Part shown: piece after piece, positions 14,701 to 27,355 of the stretch
Numbering within the stretch: the first letter of the stretch is position 1
Layout: each line of letters starts with the position of its first letter
Source: Guillardia theta CCMP2712
Lineage: Eukaryota > Protista > Cryptophyta
Assembly: GCF_000315625.1 (NCBI RefSeq)
Contig: NW_005434651.1
Location: forward strand, 478,045-542,044
Direction of reading: 5' to 3'
Length of the DNA stretch: 64,000 nt
Made by a program: the position numbers and the translations under genes
The notes under the pieces: generated by a model
What the model was told of the DNA's origin: nothing
The model's database searches: none
What the model saw: only the letters and a program-made list of their open reading frames with translations

Positions 14701-17604
14701 CTTCTCCCGCTCTCTCCACAGCGTTCCCTCCGTCCTTCCCTCCGTTCCGTCCTGCTCTGCATGACTCTACCTTGGCAGGAGTGCAACCCCAACGGCAACA
14801 TCTCCAACATGAACTTCTGCCGGACCACTGCGATCAGCAACTTCGCAAATTTCACCGAGGAGGACATGAATGCCTTTCATAACCAGTTCCTTCACGATGC
14901 CTTACGGCTCGAGGTACTCCCCCCCTTTCTCGCGCTTCCTCCTATTCACCTTCCTCGCCGTCTCGCCTCTCCCTTTTCCTTTTCCTCCTGCCTCCTCAGA
15001 GCTCGTCATAGCTTCTCCGTGCTCCTTTTCTTCTCCTCCCTCACCCTCCCCTCGCAGAACTCCACAACCGTCGACGTTCAAGATCTGCAAGTTGCAGCGA
15101 TCCCATCCGGCTCGATGTACCGGCAGGTTGTTCTTGTGTCGGGAGATGACGTTGCAATTAAGAAGAAGCTGCAGATTAATCTCCTCATGGCCGGTACAAG
15201 TCGAATGGTCAACCCGACGATAAGTGGAGGAGGTGAACAGTGCTTGACTCTCCCCCACCTCCTCCTCCTCCACCTCCTCCACCTCCTCCTCCTCCTCCTC
15301 CTCTCTCCTCCTCTTTCCCCCATCGAACTCTATCCAGGTTCCATTTTCTTTGCTTCCCTCATGCCTGATCACACCATGGAAAAGTCTACTTCATCACCTC
15401 CCTTTCTCCCGTTGGCTTTTTTCCCTCCACTCTCCTCTTCTCGCTTCTCACAATCGCTTTCAAGGTTTCGTGGCCATGAGCCCCAACTTTCGCAACTTCG
15501 GAACGCTTCAATCCCCTTCAGCTACAGTCCAGCTCCTCCCTTTGAAATTCTCCCACACGGCGCTTGCTGCCAAAGTGTTTCGAGGACAGGTAACCACATT
15601 ATCCGCTTGCTGCTTTTCTCCCTCCTCCCTCCTCTCTCCTCCCTCCTCCCTCCTCCCTCCTCCCTTNNNNNNNNNNNNNNNNNNNNNNNNNNNNNNNNNN
15701 NNNNNNNNNNNNNNNNNNNNNNNNNNNNNNNNNNNNNNNNNNNNNNNNNNNNNNNNNNNNNNNNNNCTCCCCGTCTCGTCTCCCTCCTCCCTCCTCCTCC
15801 TCCTCCCTCCTCCCTCCTCCCTCCTCCCTCCTCCCTCCTCCCTCCTCCCTCCTCCCTCCTCCCTCCTCCCTCCTCCCTCCTCCCTCCTCCCCTGGCCCCC
15901 GTTACTCGTCCTCCTCCACCTCCCCACCGCCCTTTCCCATCCATTCCTCCATTCCCTCTTGTTCTGTTTTCCCCTTTCCTACTCCTTTCTTCCTCCCCCG
16001 GCTCCATCACACTCATCTCCCATCCAGCTGTACGTAGGAGGAACCTTCGATTCAGCTGAGCTCAACGTCTCAACCTCCTCCACGACTTCCAGCCAGCAGG
16101 ACACCTTCTCGACGATTGGCATGATCGCAAGGTCACTAGAGCAGCAGCGCCGTCCTCCCATCTTACATGCTCGCTCAGGTACGACGGCAACTCGCTCTAC
16201 AGACTCGGCCATGGCATGAACGGCGCAGTCTACTCGGTCGAGGAGTTCATGGTGGGTAGCGAGACTCCTTGACGTCAGTCTGCTGACGTCATAGGCAGGG
16301 CCAAGTCGCAGTCGGCGGGTCCTTCACCACCTTCAACTCGGCCGTTCGGGATCAGAACAGGACGGGGCCGCTCGCGCTTTGGGACGAGGAGACTCATCAG
16401 TGGTCGACTATCCCCGGCTCGCCGCCCCTTGGCGTTATCTTCTGCCTGGTACTCCAGTTCTCGCCCAGCTGTCGGGCAGGGGAGGATGTGACACTGAGGT
16501 TGCCGCAGGCCGTCATGAACAAGACACTTTTCGTAGGGGGGTCGTTCACTTTCCGGTCCTCCGATGGGAGAGAGATTCAGCAGGTGGCTCGGTTTGACAG
16601 CTCTGGAGGGCCTCAGCTGGGAACGTGGAGCGGCCTGAAAGATGGTCTGCAAGGTCTCTCTCGCTGTTGTTCGCGTCCAGGTGTTTGACAAGTGATAAGG
16701 TGGGGACGTTTACACCCTCGTGATCGTGGAGGATGTGGACGTCAGGGTATACGCTGGTGGAAGTTTCAAATCGTACGTGAACACTCTCCCTCCCTACTTC
16801 CCCCTTCTCCGCCCTCTTCTTTTTCCTCCTCTACTCTGTTCTGCCTACCCTCCCCTCCCTCCCTCCCCTCCCTCCCTCCCTCCCTCCCTCCCTCCCTGTC
16901 CTTGTCGTCTTACCCAAGTTGCTGCAGAGCCGGACTACTTCCTGCCCGCTCGATTGCCTACATGCTGAAGGACGAGTGGTACTCGATGGGCGACTTCGAC
17001 GGCTCTGTGCATTCCATGGCTGCCATGGGGGGAGAGCTCTTCGTCGGCGGCTCCTTCACCAGCGTCAACTGGCGAGGACTGGTCTCCTACTTCGACAATG
17101 TCCGTCCTCGTTCTCCACACTCTTACACACCTGATCCTCTCCTCTCGCAGCTTGCCCGCTGGCACGACGGCTCGTGGATGAGCGTTCCGGGGATCGGCGG
17201 CCCCGTGTTCTCCCTCGCCACAATCAGGGATTGTTTGTACATCGGAGGAGACTTCAACAAGATCTGCCTCCCTGGACAGGCACGCAAGGCCAAGGTCTCC
17301 CCTGCTGCCTGCTTGCCTTCCTGCTGACGGCAAAACTTTGACCAGACCTGCCGCGAGGAGACCAACTCAGAAAGTTACCAGGTGAGGAGCGGGTCAAGGG
17401 CTCTGAGCTGGAGGTTGACTTGAGCACCGCAGCTGGCTTGCAGCTCAGCGCGATGGTGTCTTTCGAGCCTCCTGACCAACAGCAGCGCCGAAGCCATGAC
17501 GTGCGAGGTACGAGAGTCGGAGCGGTGCTGCTTGCTGCTTGCTCATGTCGCTGTAGGGCGAGGAGGACCTCATCGGGCAAGTTCGGGTCATCACACAAGT
17601 ATGA
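1..17604 (+). CDS. Giant multidomain extracellular/adhesin-like protein, 5'-truncated, multi-exon: cadherin/Ig-like repeats, LamG-like domain, EPTP/EAR-like repeats, PAN-like and ShKT-like Cys modules, lactonase-type 7-bladed propeller, IPT/TIG domain, C-terminal VGGxF propeller repeats
   Basis: 2926-aa ORF, forming one exon of about 3569-12237, linked by GT-AG introns to flanking exons. Motifs: DSGG..GG.D repeats; TFETWV...WYHIVLTFDG; LQLIPTxGA; EGPSSLVVSPDGQHVYVAS; SVIPCFGPIAGGSSLTIRGQFF; LFVGGSFT. Last exon GEEDLIGQVRVITQV ends at TGA 17602-17604. Confidence 0.85.
15667..15766. other. Assembly gap (100 N) inside a CCTCCTCCCT-rich intron
   Basis: Run of n characters. Confidence 0.99.
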
Positions 17605-17874
17605 GGAGTCGGTCTGACTGTATTCTTGCACATACAAATGTATCACTAGTTCGTGTTGTTATATTGAAGTCAAGGTTGCTGTACTCCGAGCGGGGGCCCA
17701 CTGGGACCGGCTGAGTGAACACAAATCATTCAATAGTGACTGCCAGTGGGGCCGGGAATTGATCATCAAAGTTTGAAAACCCAGAGTTAAAAAAAAGTCA
17801 TTGATTGCGATCATCAGTCAATTGTCACAGGAAGTACTACTTTACTTTTACACACTACTCTATAACTTGAAATA

Positions 17875-17945
17875 TTACTATTACTTACTATTACTTACTA
17901 TTACTTACTATTACTTACTATTACTTACTATTACTTACTATTAAT
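17875..17945. repeat. (TTACTTACTA)n 10-bp tandem repeat
   Basis: About 7 near-perfect copies, directly visible. Confidence 0.95.
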
Positions 17946-18459
17946 ACTACTACTACCTACTCCTACTACACGGCAAGAAGTGTCCGTATGGCTGGGCATG
18001 ATAGAGTGAGGGGTGGGTCTTTAAGAGGTATTTGATGGGGGTAGGGTCATATCGGAGTTGAAATCTTCCAGTAGTCGCCGGCCTCAAATCATTGGCAGAA
18101 TCCTGTTATTTCAAACTTGAAACCTCTTAATTTAAGCATATTTATGAGGAATCGTCTTATTTTAACAAGGAACTTGCTTATTTTCTATCAAATGATATCT
18201 TTTACCGCACCTCTCGGAGTTGGACCGCTGGGGACAGGGAGGGGTACCCTCGGATACTACCAACTCCGATCAAGCATCAGATTCCTTGACCGACGATACT
18301 CGTGGCGGAGCAAGGCACGACGGGCAACTGCTACCTTGTTGTGTCCTCATCAAGCAGCGATCTCTGGCAGCGATCTCTGGCAGCGATCCTCGCGTCAAGC
18401 TACTCTGCTGTCGATCCTTTCAGACGTTCGCAAGCAAGGGTTCTGCGACGAATTCCTGG

Positions 18460-19286
18460 ATGTCGCCGCATCCTCCTCTTGATGTCACGGATTGCTCCGT
18501 GGAGGTTGATTTCGTTTTCGTCACTTCCCCCAAGAATAACTTGAGCCTCTACTCCTGCTTCCACCCAAATGCTGTCACAGAATCTGCGCTGTACCAGTTG
18601 ATCGTAAAGGAAGAGTTGCCCGACGTGTGGATTCGACCTTGCGATAGAAAGTCATGCAACAGCCCGTTCTGGATCAAATCGCGCGAGAGAGATGCACGCT
18701 GTTCTCCGCAAGATCATGGTAGCGTCGCTCAGATACAGAAGGAAGTGGACGAGTTGTATGCTATCTACCTCGAAACTCAGTTTTCAGGGCATGTTGCACA
18801 AACTTCGTCGCCATTATGGCCCGAGCAGGAGGGAGACTGAACTCTGGCACATTGCAGAGTGAGTTGTCCTCCCAAACATCTCAGCTCGAGTTCATAGAGC
18901 CTGTACCTTGCAATCGGAGCAAACAACCTATCTAGCGGAGAGAGCCAGCTCACCGTTCCAGGCTTCAAGTCCAGCCATTTGCACCCTAGAGGATTCTGAG
19001 AGTAATCCCCTTGAATGACAACGAATCTCTCTGCCTTGTTCTTGGTGTTGGCAGTCCCGCAACCTTCAAACTGACTATCCTGTGCATTCACATGTCGTCG
19101 GGGATCATTCCTAAAACTTTTGATGTCTGTACCTTAGAAATATTTTCCTCTCGTGCTGTTGTGGAGACTCTTCATAAAACCGAAACACCTTGCATTTCTC
19201 ACACATCTTCGAATTTGCTGATACGTTTCCCGGAATCAAGACTACAAGAAGTTGTCGAACTTCACTCGCCGCTTCACTCGCCGTAA
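18460..19286 (+). CDS. Hypothetical protein, possibly spliced
   Basis: Two ordinary-complexity ORFs (18220-18840 and 19011-19286) in different frames. No recognisable motif, and the splicing could not be resolved. Confidence 0.3.
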
Positions 19287-20049
19287 TGGGTCAGAGAGAG
19301 GCCTCCCCGAGAGGGCCTGCTTGTCTATGCTGCCGGTGAGGTGCCACGGTGTCTTGCACTTTTCAGACCGTATCGTAATATTGTGAGAATTGAATGCCTT
19401 TTTAAATTTTCTATACACAATGGTGAGGTGAACTCGTTGAGCTAGTCGTTCTCCCAGCATTTGTCAGATGACTGAAAAGCTCACCAGGCTGGTGGTCTCC
19501 TTGTTGCACCTAGAGGGGTGGGGTTACTGTTGACCCTACGGTATTGTCGTTGACGGGTGTGTTTGGAGATAACCCCCCTTATGATAGAGTAATTATTCTA
19601 TAATGGAGGGGTGAAAATCCCGGAAAGAATCCCAAAGAGAGGGTAGGGGTAGGGTCAACCATGGTTTGCGCCAAAATGCAGGCAAGCAAATGTGGGTGAA
19701 CTATGGGGATGAGATAGGAGGAGGCAGGAGGGAGAGAGGGGGGAGAGAGTGTCAGAGAGAAGCAGATGGAAGATAAAGATGCATAGGCTGAAGAAATGAG
19801 GTGATCAGAGGTACCTAGAATCAGCAAGGAGCATTTTAGAAGCATCGTGTGGGGGATGGTTGGTTTGGGAGAGTCGCGAGGTGACGGGGGACTTTGACGT
19901 ACAGGAGATTTCTTGATGGGCATCTGAACATCTCAAGTCTGCATGTGTTGTCCTCCTCCTGAGGTTTGAACGGCGGGAAGTGGGAGCTCGGACAAGACAG
20001 GGGGTTGAAATATTGACCGAGCTCTCTAGTAAACCGATCGACAACCCAC

Positions 20050-23000
20050 ATGCTCATACCTGTTTGCTCGGCCCTCTCGGGGAGGCCTCTCTCTCTGGAC
20101 TTGCCTGGAGGCTCTCTTGTGGAGGTGAGGAGCAGTCTGCAAGCGTTTGTAGCGCATCCTCTTGTGTAAATCTCGTGCAGGAACTTTATTCCACCATCAA
20201 GCGGCAACTGGAAATCGAAGTCGAGAACCAAATTGTGATGTGCGAGTGGGAGCCAGAGAGTGGTATGAACCAAAGAAAGACGCTGTCCTCGTACGGCCTT
20301 CCGCGCCAAGATAATCAAGTCATTTTCTTTTACGACAAGTCATGGTTCAAGTCCGGGTTGGCGGGCACTAAGACCGAAGATGAAATCATTGTGATCAAGG
20401 CTCAATTACCGAATCAAGAGAAGGTTGTTCTTACTATCCTTGAATCGTCTTCTTGATCCTGCTGCTTGCAGTCATTGTCCAACAGCGCGTTCATGTCGAA
20501 TCAAGACTCGGGCGAGCCTATGCAGAGTGCCATCTTTAATTTCTATGCAAGATTCGCCCATTGGAAGGTATGGCCTGTCTTCTCATCTGAGATAAGAGAT
20601 ATCGATTCTCTCTGTATTTGTTCAACCTCATGCTGAGTGTAGGCAACCGCTGATGCCTTCTTGGTGGCTGCGAAAGCGAGAGAGAAAGCATGCCAGGACA
20701 TTCGAAATGAAGTCAAGATGCAGCATCGCGGATCGGCTTTGGCAAGGAAGTCGCTCATGTGCTACTTCAGTGCTGTCAGGAAGTCTATCGAGAAGTTGGA
20801 AACAGAGCTTGAATCGGCTCGTCTGAGCACAGAAGAAAATCTCAAGAGATCAGAAGTTGATGCATGCCTTGAAAAGCTCCAGATGACCAGTCTTCACAAG
20901 GCACATTGTGCGGTCTGGAGAGTTCCGGAGGGAACCAAGTTGATTTCTTTTGTCAAGGACACCGACCTTCTGAACAAATGTGTTGAATCTTGCCACTCCC
21001 TTGTAAGTGTGCTCGAAAGCAAGGTCGGAGAATGCATCGTTGCGTTCCAAGAGCTCGAAGATCTTGTGAACCTGGAGATGACGAACGGGGATATGTCGGA
21101 AAGATCGACGATCGCCGAAGTCGAGAGCTTCTTAGAGAGCATGTCGTCGGAGAGAATCGAGATCGAGAACTTCAACTCAGCAATATCGGAAGATGTTCGA
21201 GAGTTGGAAGCGACCCTCCCTGACCTGTCGAATGGAGAGAGGGACGTTGGGAACCTTTTGGACCTCATGAACAAGCTACAATCCAAGTACTCACAGTTCA
21301 AAGATGGCTTCAACGAGCTTTCGACGCACGATAACAGCCATCAGAAGCTCATGGAAGGTTGCTCTCTTGCAAAGAAGCAGATGACAGAAGGGATTTTGGA
21401 CAAACTGCAGAGGGTAGCCACACTGCAAGGACGTCTGCTTGACACGAAGAAGAAGGTAAGTCCTCTTAGTTCCTCTCGAGCTCACCGGTGACGGGGAGGC
21501 TTACAGTCGGATGCTCTGTTGGCTGGAGCGGTGAACGAGAGGAAAAGAAGAATCAATCAAGTCGAGATCGTCCTAAGGCTGCCGGAAACCTACAAAGCTT
21601 GGTGTGAAGAGGTTCACAAGAGAAATGCGTATTACGACAACCTCGTTGCGAACGCGGAGCACATTTCAGGAGCCGTGCAAGATCTGGTAGACAACGAGGA
21701 AGAGCGGAGGCTGGAGTTTCTGGAGAAGTATGAAGCCTACCTCCCAGCTCCTCTCCTCGACCTCCTCAATGAAGGAGCGAGCGGGGCTGCGGGGCATCCG
21801 CCGAGGATGGAAATCCATGTCTCGAGGAGGCCGAAGCAGCTGCCAGAGATCCGACTGAGAGATCTTGAAGAAGGGGCGGCTGGAAACTTCCAGCTGCTTC
21901 AGATCACGAGGGAGAGAGGAGATGCCAGCGGTGCGAAGGCGGAAGGAGAGCAGGAGGAGGCTCCGAGGTCTGAGGAGCCGGATAAGAGGGTGAACCAGGA
22001 CATGGAGGCAGTGAAGAGTCAGATGGAGGAGCTGGAGAACGAGCTGTCGGAGAAGGAGAGGCTGTGGCGCAAGGCGAACGAAGGGAAGGCTGAACTGCAG
22101 CTCAAGCTGAATGAAACGATTGAGCGAGTCAACATGGAGAGGGCGCAGAGGGAAAAGTTGCAGAATGCGCTGATACGAATTGGCTCTCTGCTGCAAATCG
22201 ACTTGCAACGTCAAACGCCACAATCCTCGAGGCTGCGGAAGTCGGAGGATCGGGACATCATGGACCCGAAATCCCTAGAGGTGAAAGTGGAGATGCTGGA
22301 GGGAGGGAGGGAACGGCTGACTAGAGCTTGGCTTTCAGAATGTCATTTCGAGCATCGGCGATCTGGTCGAGAAGAGCAAGTCCCAACGAGAGAGCGAGAC
22401 TTTCAAGAACTTCTCAGAACTCCAGATGAATGCACAAAAGTGACCCTCTGAAATTTAAATCCTGCCATGGTGAATTTCATTCTGCAGGTCGGAAGCCCAG
22501 ATCTCGAAGCTCGAGGAGGAACTAGAAAAGAAGAACAAGCTGTTCTCAGGCGCCATGCAGAACGCCGCATCCTTGGAGATCCAGAACAAGAAAGTTGGGG
22601 AGGAGCTGCAGCTCGAGAAGTCCAACGTCAGTTCTGTCCGCCTGCTTCAGATCCTCAAGTCTGATGATATTCGCGCAGAGGGAGAAGCTGCTGTCGTTTG
22701 CTTCAAAGCTGTCTGCCAGTCTTGGGATGGAAGTAATCAAGCCGCTCCCGTCCTCGTCGCGCGCGCTTAGAGGAAGTGAAGATCGTGACCTAGAGGTCAA
22801 GCTTGACGTGAGGACGGTTATGTTGGGGAGGAGGAGAGACTTGACTCTTCCTCCTTGTTGGGAAAACAGAACATGCTGCAGAGAATTTCAGAGCTCATGG
22901 GAAAGCCAGAGGAGCGGAAGGAGAATCCTGGGCAGTCAATCAAGATATCCTTGTCCAGGTTGGCCTCTACTACCTTGACCTCAACTACTTCATGCTCGAC

Positions 23001-23656
23001 CTCCTCCGAGACTCTCGTCCTGCGCTCAACCTGATCCCCATCTCCCTTGTTCTCCTTCCTTCTCCTCCCTTCTCCAACTGAATCCCGTGATCCTCTCCAG
23101 CTTCGAACCGGGTGACGTGGCTCTCTTTATGCCTTGTGGAAAGGATCGCACGGACGCCTACGGCAACAGGTCCGTCGCCTCTGCTCCAAAGAACTTTTTG
23201 ACTCTCATCTTGCAGCTTGTACGTCGCTTTCAATGTCGATTGCCCGAGACATTTCCTTCATACTTCGTCGTTGGAGGAATTCTTCAATAAGGATAAGGTC
23301 CCCTCTACTGTCCTCAACTCGCCTCCTCCTCTCCCACCCACCCACCCACCCTCCCTCCCTCTCTCCTTTCACCCTCTCATCTTCTCTGTGCTCGAGAGGC
23401 GGTAAAAGGTTCCGCAGGCTCGAGCTGAGAGCTACTGTCTGGGGAGGATCACCGTATGTTACGAGGTGGAGCGGGTCATTATCACGAGCTGGCTCGCTAA
23501 CTTTGCGCCGCAGGCCACGGAAGATGACTTCAACGAGTTCGGGATGACGTGAGTGGCTCTATTGCACGCCCAAGTTGATCACGCTGACGGTTTGTTCCCC
23601 CCAGGGATGAAGAGACATTCCATGTCTGTTACGCAGAACCTGTGTTAACAGAGTGA
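20050..23656 (+). CDS. ATG11: Autophagy scaffold ATG11 / RB1CC1 (FIP200)-like protein
   Basis: Spliced N-terminal ubiquitin-like region (MLIPVCSALSGRPLSLDL..VE/ELYSTIKRQLEIEVENQIVM..IFFYDK), ATG17-like helical region (LPETYKAWCEEVHKR), long coiled coil, and C-terminal Claw-like region (SFEPGDVALFMP..YVAFNVDCPRHFL..YCLGRIT..FNEFGMTDEETFHVCYAEP). Confidence 0.88.
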
Positions 23657-23706
23657 ATCTTGTAGAGCATGTACATAGACTGAAGAAAACGATGAGCAGA
23701 AAACGA

Positions 23707-25543
<1,837 letters not shown>

Positions 25544-25667
25544 GGGGTAAGAAGTAAAGCTGTCATTCAGCCGAGATCATGGGATGGTATTCAGGATGAA
25601 GTGAGGGATCAGGGATGCGAAGAAGGAGACAGCAGAACATGAAGGCAGAGTGAGGAGGAGGATGACA

Positions 25668-27353
25668 GGGAGAGGGAGAGGGAGAGGGAGAGGGAGAGGG
25701 AGAGGGAGAGGGAGAGGAGGGCTGCAATTGAAGATCAGTCCCTTGATGTCCCTAGGACAGTTCAAAATCTAATAGAACATTTATTGCTGCCCTCAAGATG
25801 AATCTTTTATATCATCATATTCTGAGGCAGGTTTGTTTCGAGAGGCCCGGCACAGCGGCAGGGCCTGAATCATGGCAAGTCCGACGGGGAGCGAGCGGAA
25901 CATCAACAAGTCAGGCTCCGAGCATGCACCGGGCAGGATCAACGAAGATCATCATCTCATCAACATACTCCTAGTCGTGGGACGGTCCAGCTATGTCGAG
26001 CTGACACTTGGACATTAGGCTCAGTGACTAACGGAACACCAAACTGCGGCTGATACCGCAGATCTGTCAATGTCTCTGTCTCTTCGACTGCCTCTGTGTC
26101 TCGCGCGCACATACTCACATACAGTTGGTCCTCATCGGCAGACCATAAGTATGAGCTCTTCAAGGGAACAACGCAACATCCTAGAACGATGCAGCAGATT
26201 GTTCTGATCTAGATCTTCACTCCGTTGGTCCTGAGCACTCAGATACAGATCGTTGCATCGCATATTCAATGATAGAATCTCATATGTCTAAATGTGAACA
26301 ACAACTCTTCTTCCCTCTCTCCCCATTTATCGAGAAATGGCTATGAGGCGGATACTGACAATGGCATGGAGCCCATGTTTGCGAATCTATTGGAACAACG
26401 TTGTTTGAGATCTTCATTCATTCACGTGTCTTGATATTGTTTACACTATTGTGATGCGATTCAAATGTAGAGGAAGCTTGAGCATGGCAGACATTTCGAG
26501 ACCAACAATCCTCGTCGCCTTTACCACAACTAAGCATCTTCTTGCCTGGAGCAGGCGCTGACCTCTTTCGGATCATCTGCCCCTTGACCAAAGAGCGGCC
26601 TGAAGTCAAGTTTATCGAGTTTCTAATACCAAGTGTAATGGATGATTTTCAACTCCAAGTCGTTGTTTGTTCTGTTCCGTTTTGGAGCAACTGCACATAG
26701 AGATCCTACCCAGCCGTGGTTTACAGGCGGCTCACGAGGCTCCCGGCCAAGAAAGGACAACACGTCTCTAGCAACTCCCAAACATCTTCATCGCATGTGT
26801 TCTTTGCATGATGTTACAATTTCGATGCATCATGTCATACACATGTCTTGTTTGCTGTTTCCGATTGAGCGCGACAATGCCATGTTTGGGTCATCACCGT
26901 CCTAGAAGTGTCCAGTCGTTATGCTCGAAACGTCTTCAAATCAACCCTGTCTCATGTGCTCTTCTAGTATCAGCTCTTCTAGTGTCAGCTCTTCTAGTAT
27001 CGCTCTTCTAGTGTCAGCTCTTCTAGTATCAGCTCTTCTAGTATCGCTCTTCTAGTGTCGCTCTTCTAGTATCAGCTCTTCTAGTATCAGCTCTTCTAGT
27101 ATCAGCTCTTCTAGTATCAGCTCTTCTAGTATCAGCTCTTCTAGTATCCCTCTTCTAGTATCAGCTCTTCTAGTATCGCTCTTCCTGTTGTGTAGGACTG
27201 AAGGACCTGCAAGCATGGCTCGGGGCGGCTCCGTCTCGGTCTTCGCTCCCCTCCTCCCTCTCTATCTTGCTCTGTTTGCTGTTTTTTTTTAGCAAAAAAA
27301 AACATTGCCAAACAAAAAACACATGTAAAAGTAAAACACACACAAAAAAAAAA
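25668..27353. repeat. Tandem segmental duplication, copy 1 (about 1.7 kb)
   Basis: Near-identical to 27356-29473; the same 63-aa ORF is listed twice. Begins at a (GGGAGA)n tract and ends in an A-rich tail. Confidence 0.95.
26959..27183. repeat. 15-bp minisatellite (CTAGTRTCAGCTCTT)n, about 15 copies
   Basis: Directly visible, with 14-nt variants CTAGTATCGCTCTT. Confidence 0.97.
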
Positions 27354-27355
27354 TT

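Noticed and set aside
17875-17960. Telomeric repeat
   Set aside because: The TTACTTACTA unit lacks G/C runs and is a short interstitial array.
26110-26150. Possible hammerhead ribozyme or snoRNA in the duplicated unit
   Set aside because: The CTGATGA core is absent and differs between copies; no convincing C/D box pairs or GAAA-closed stems.
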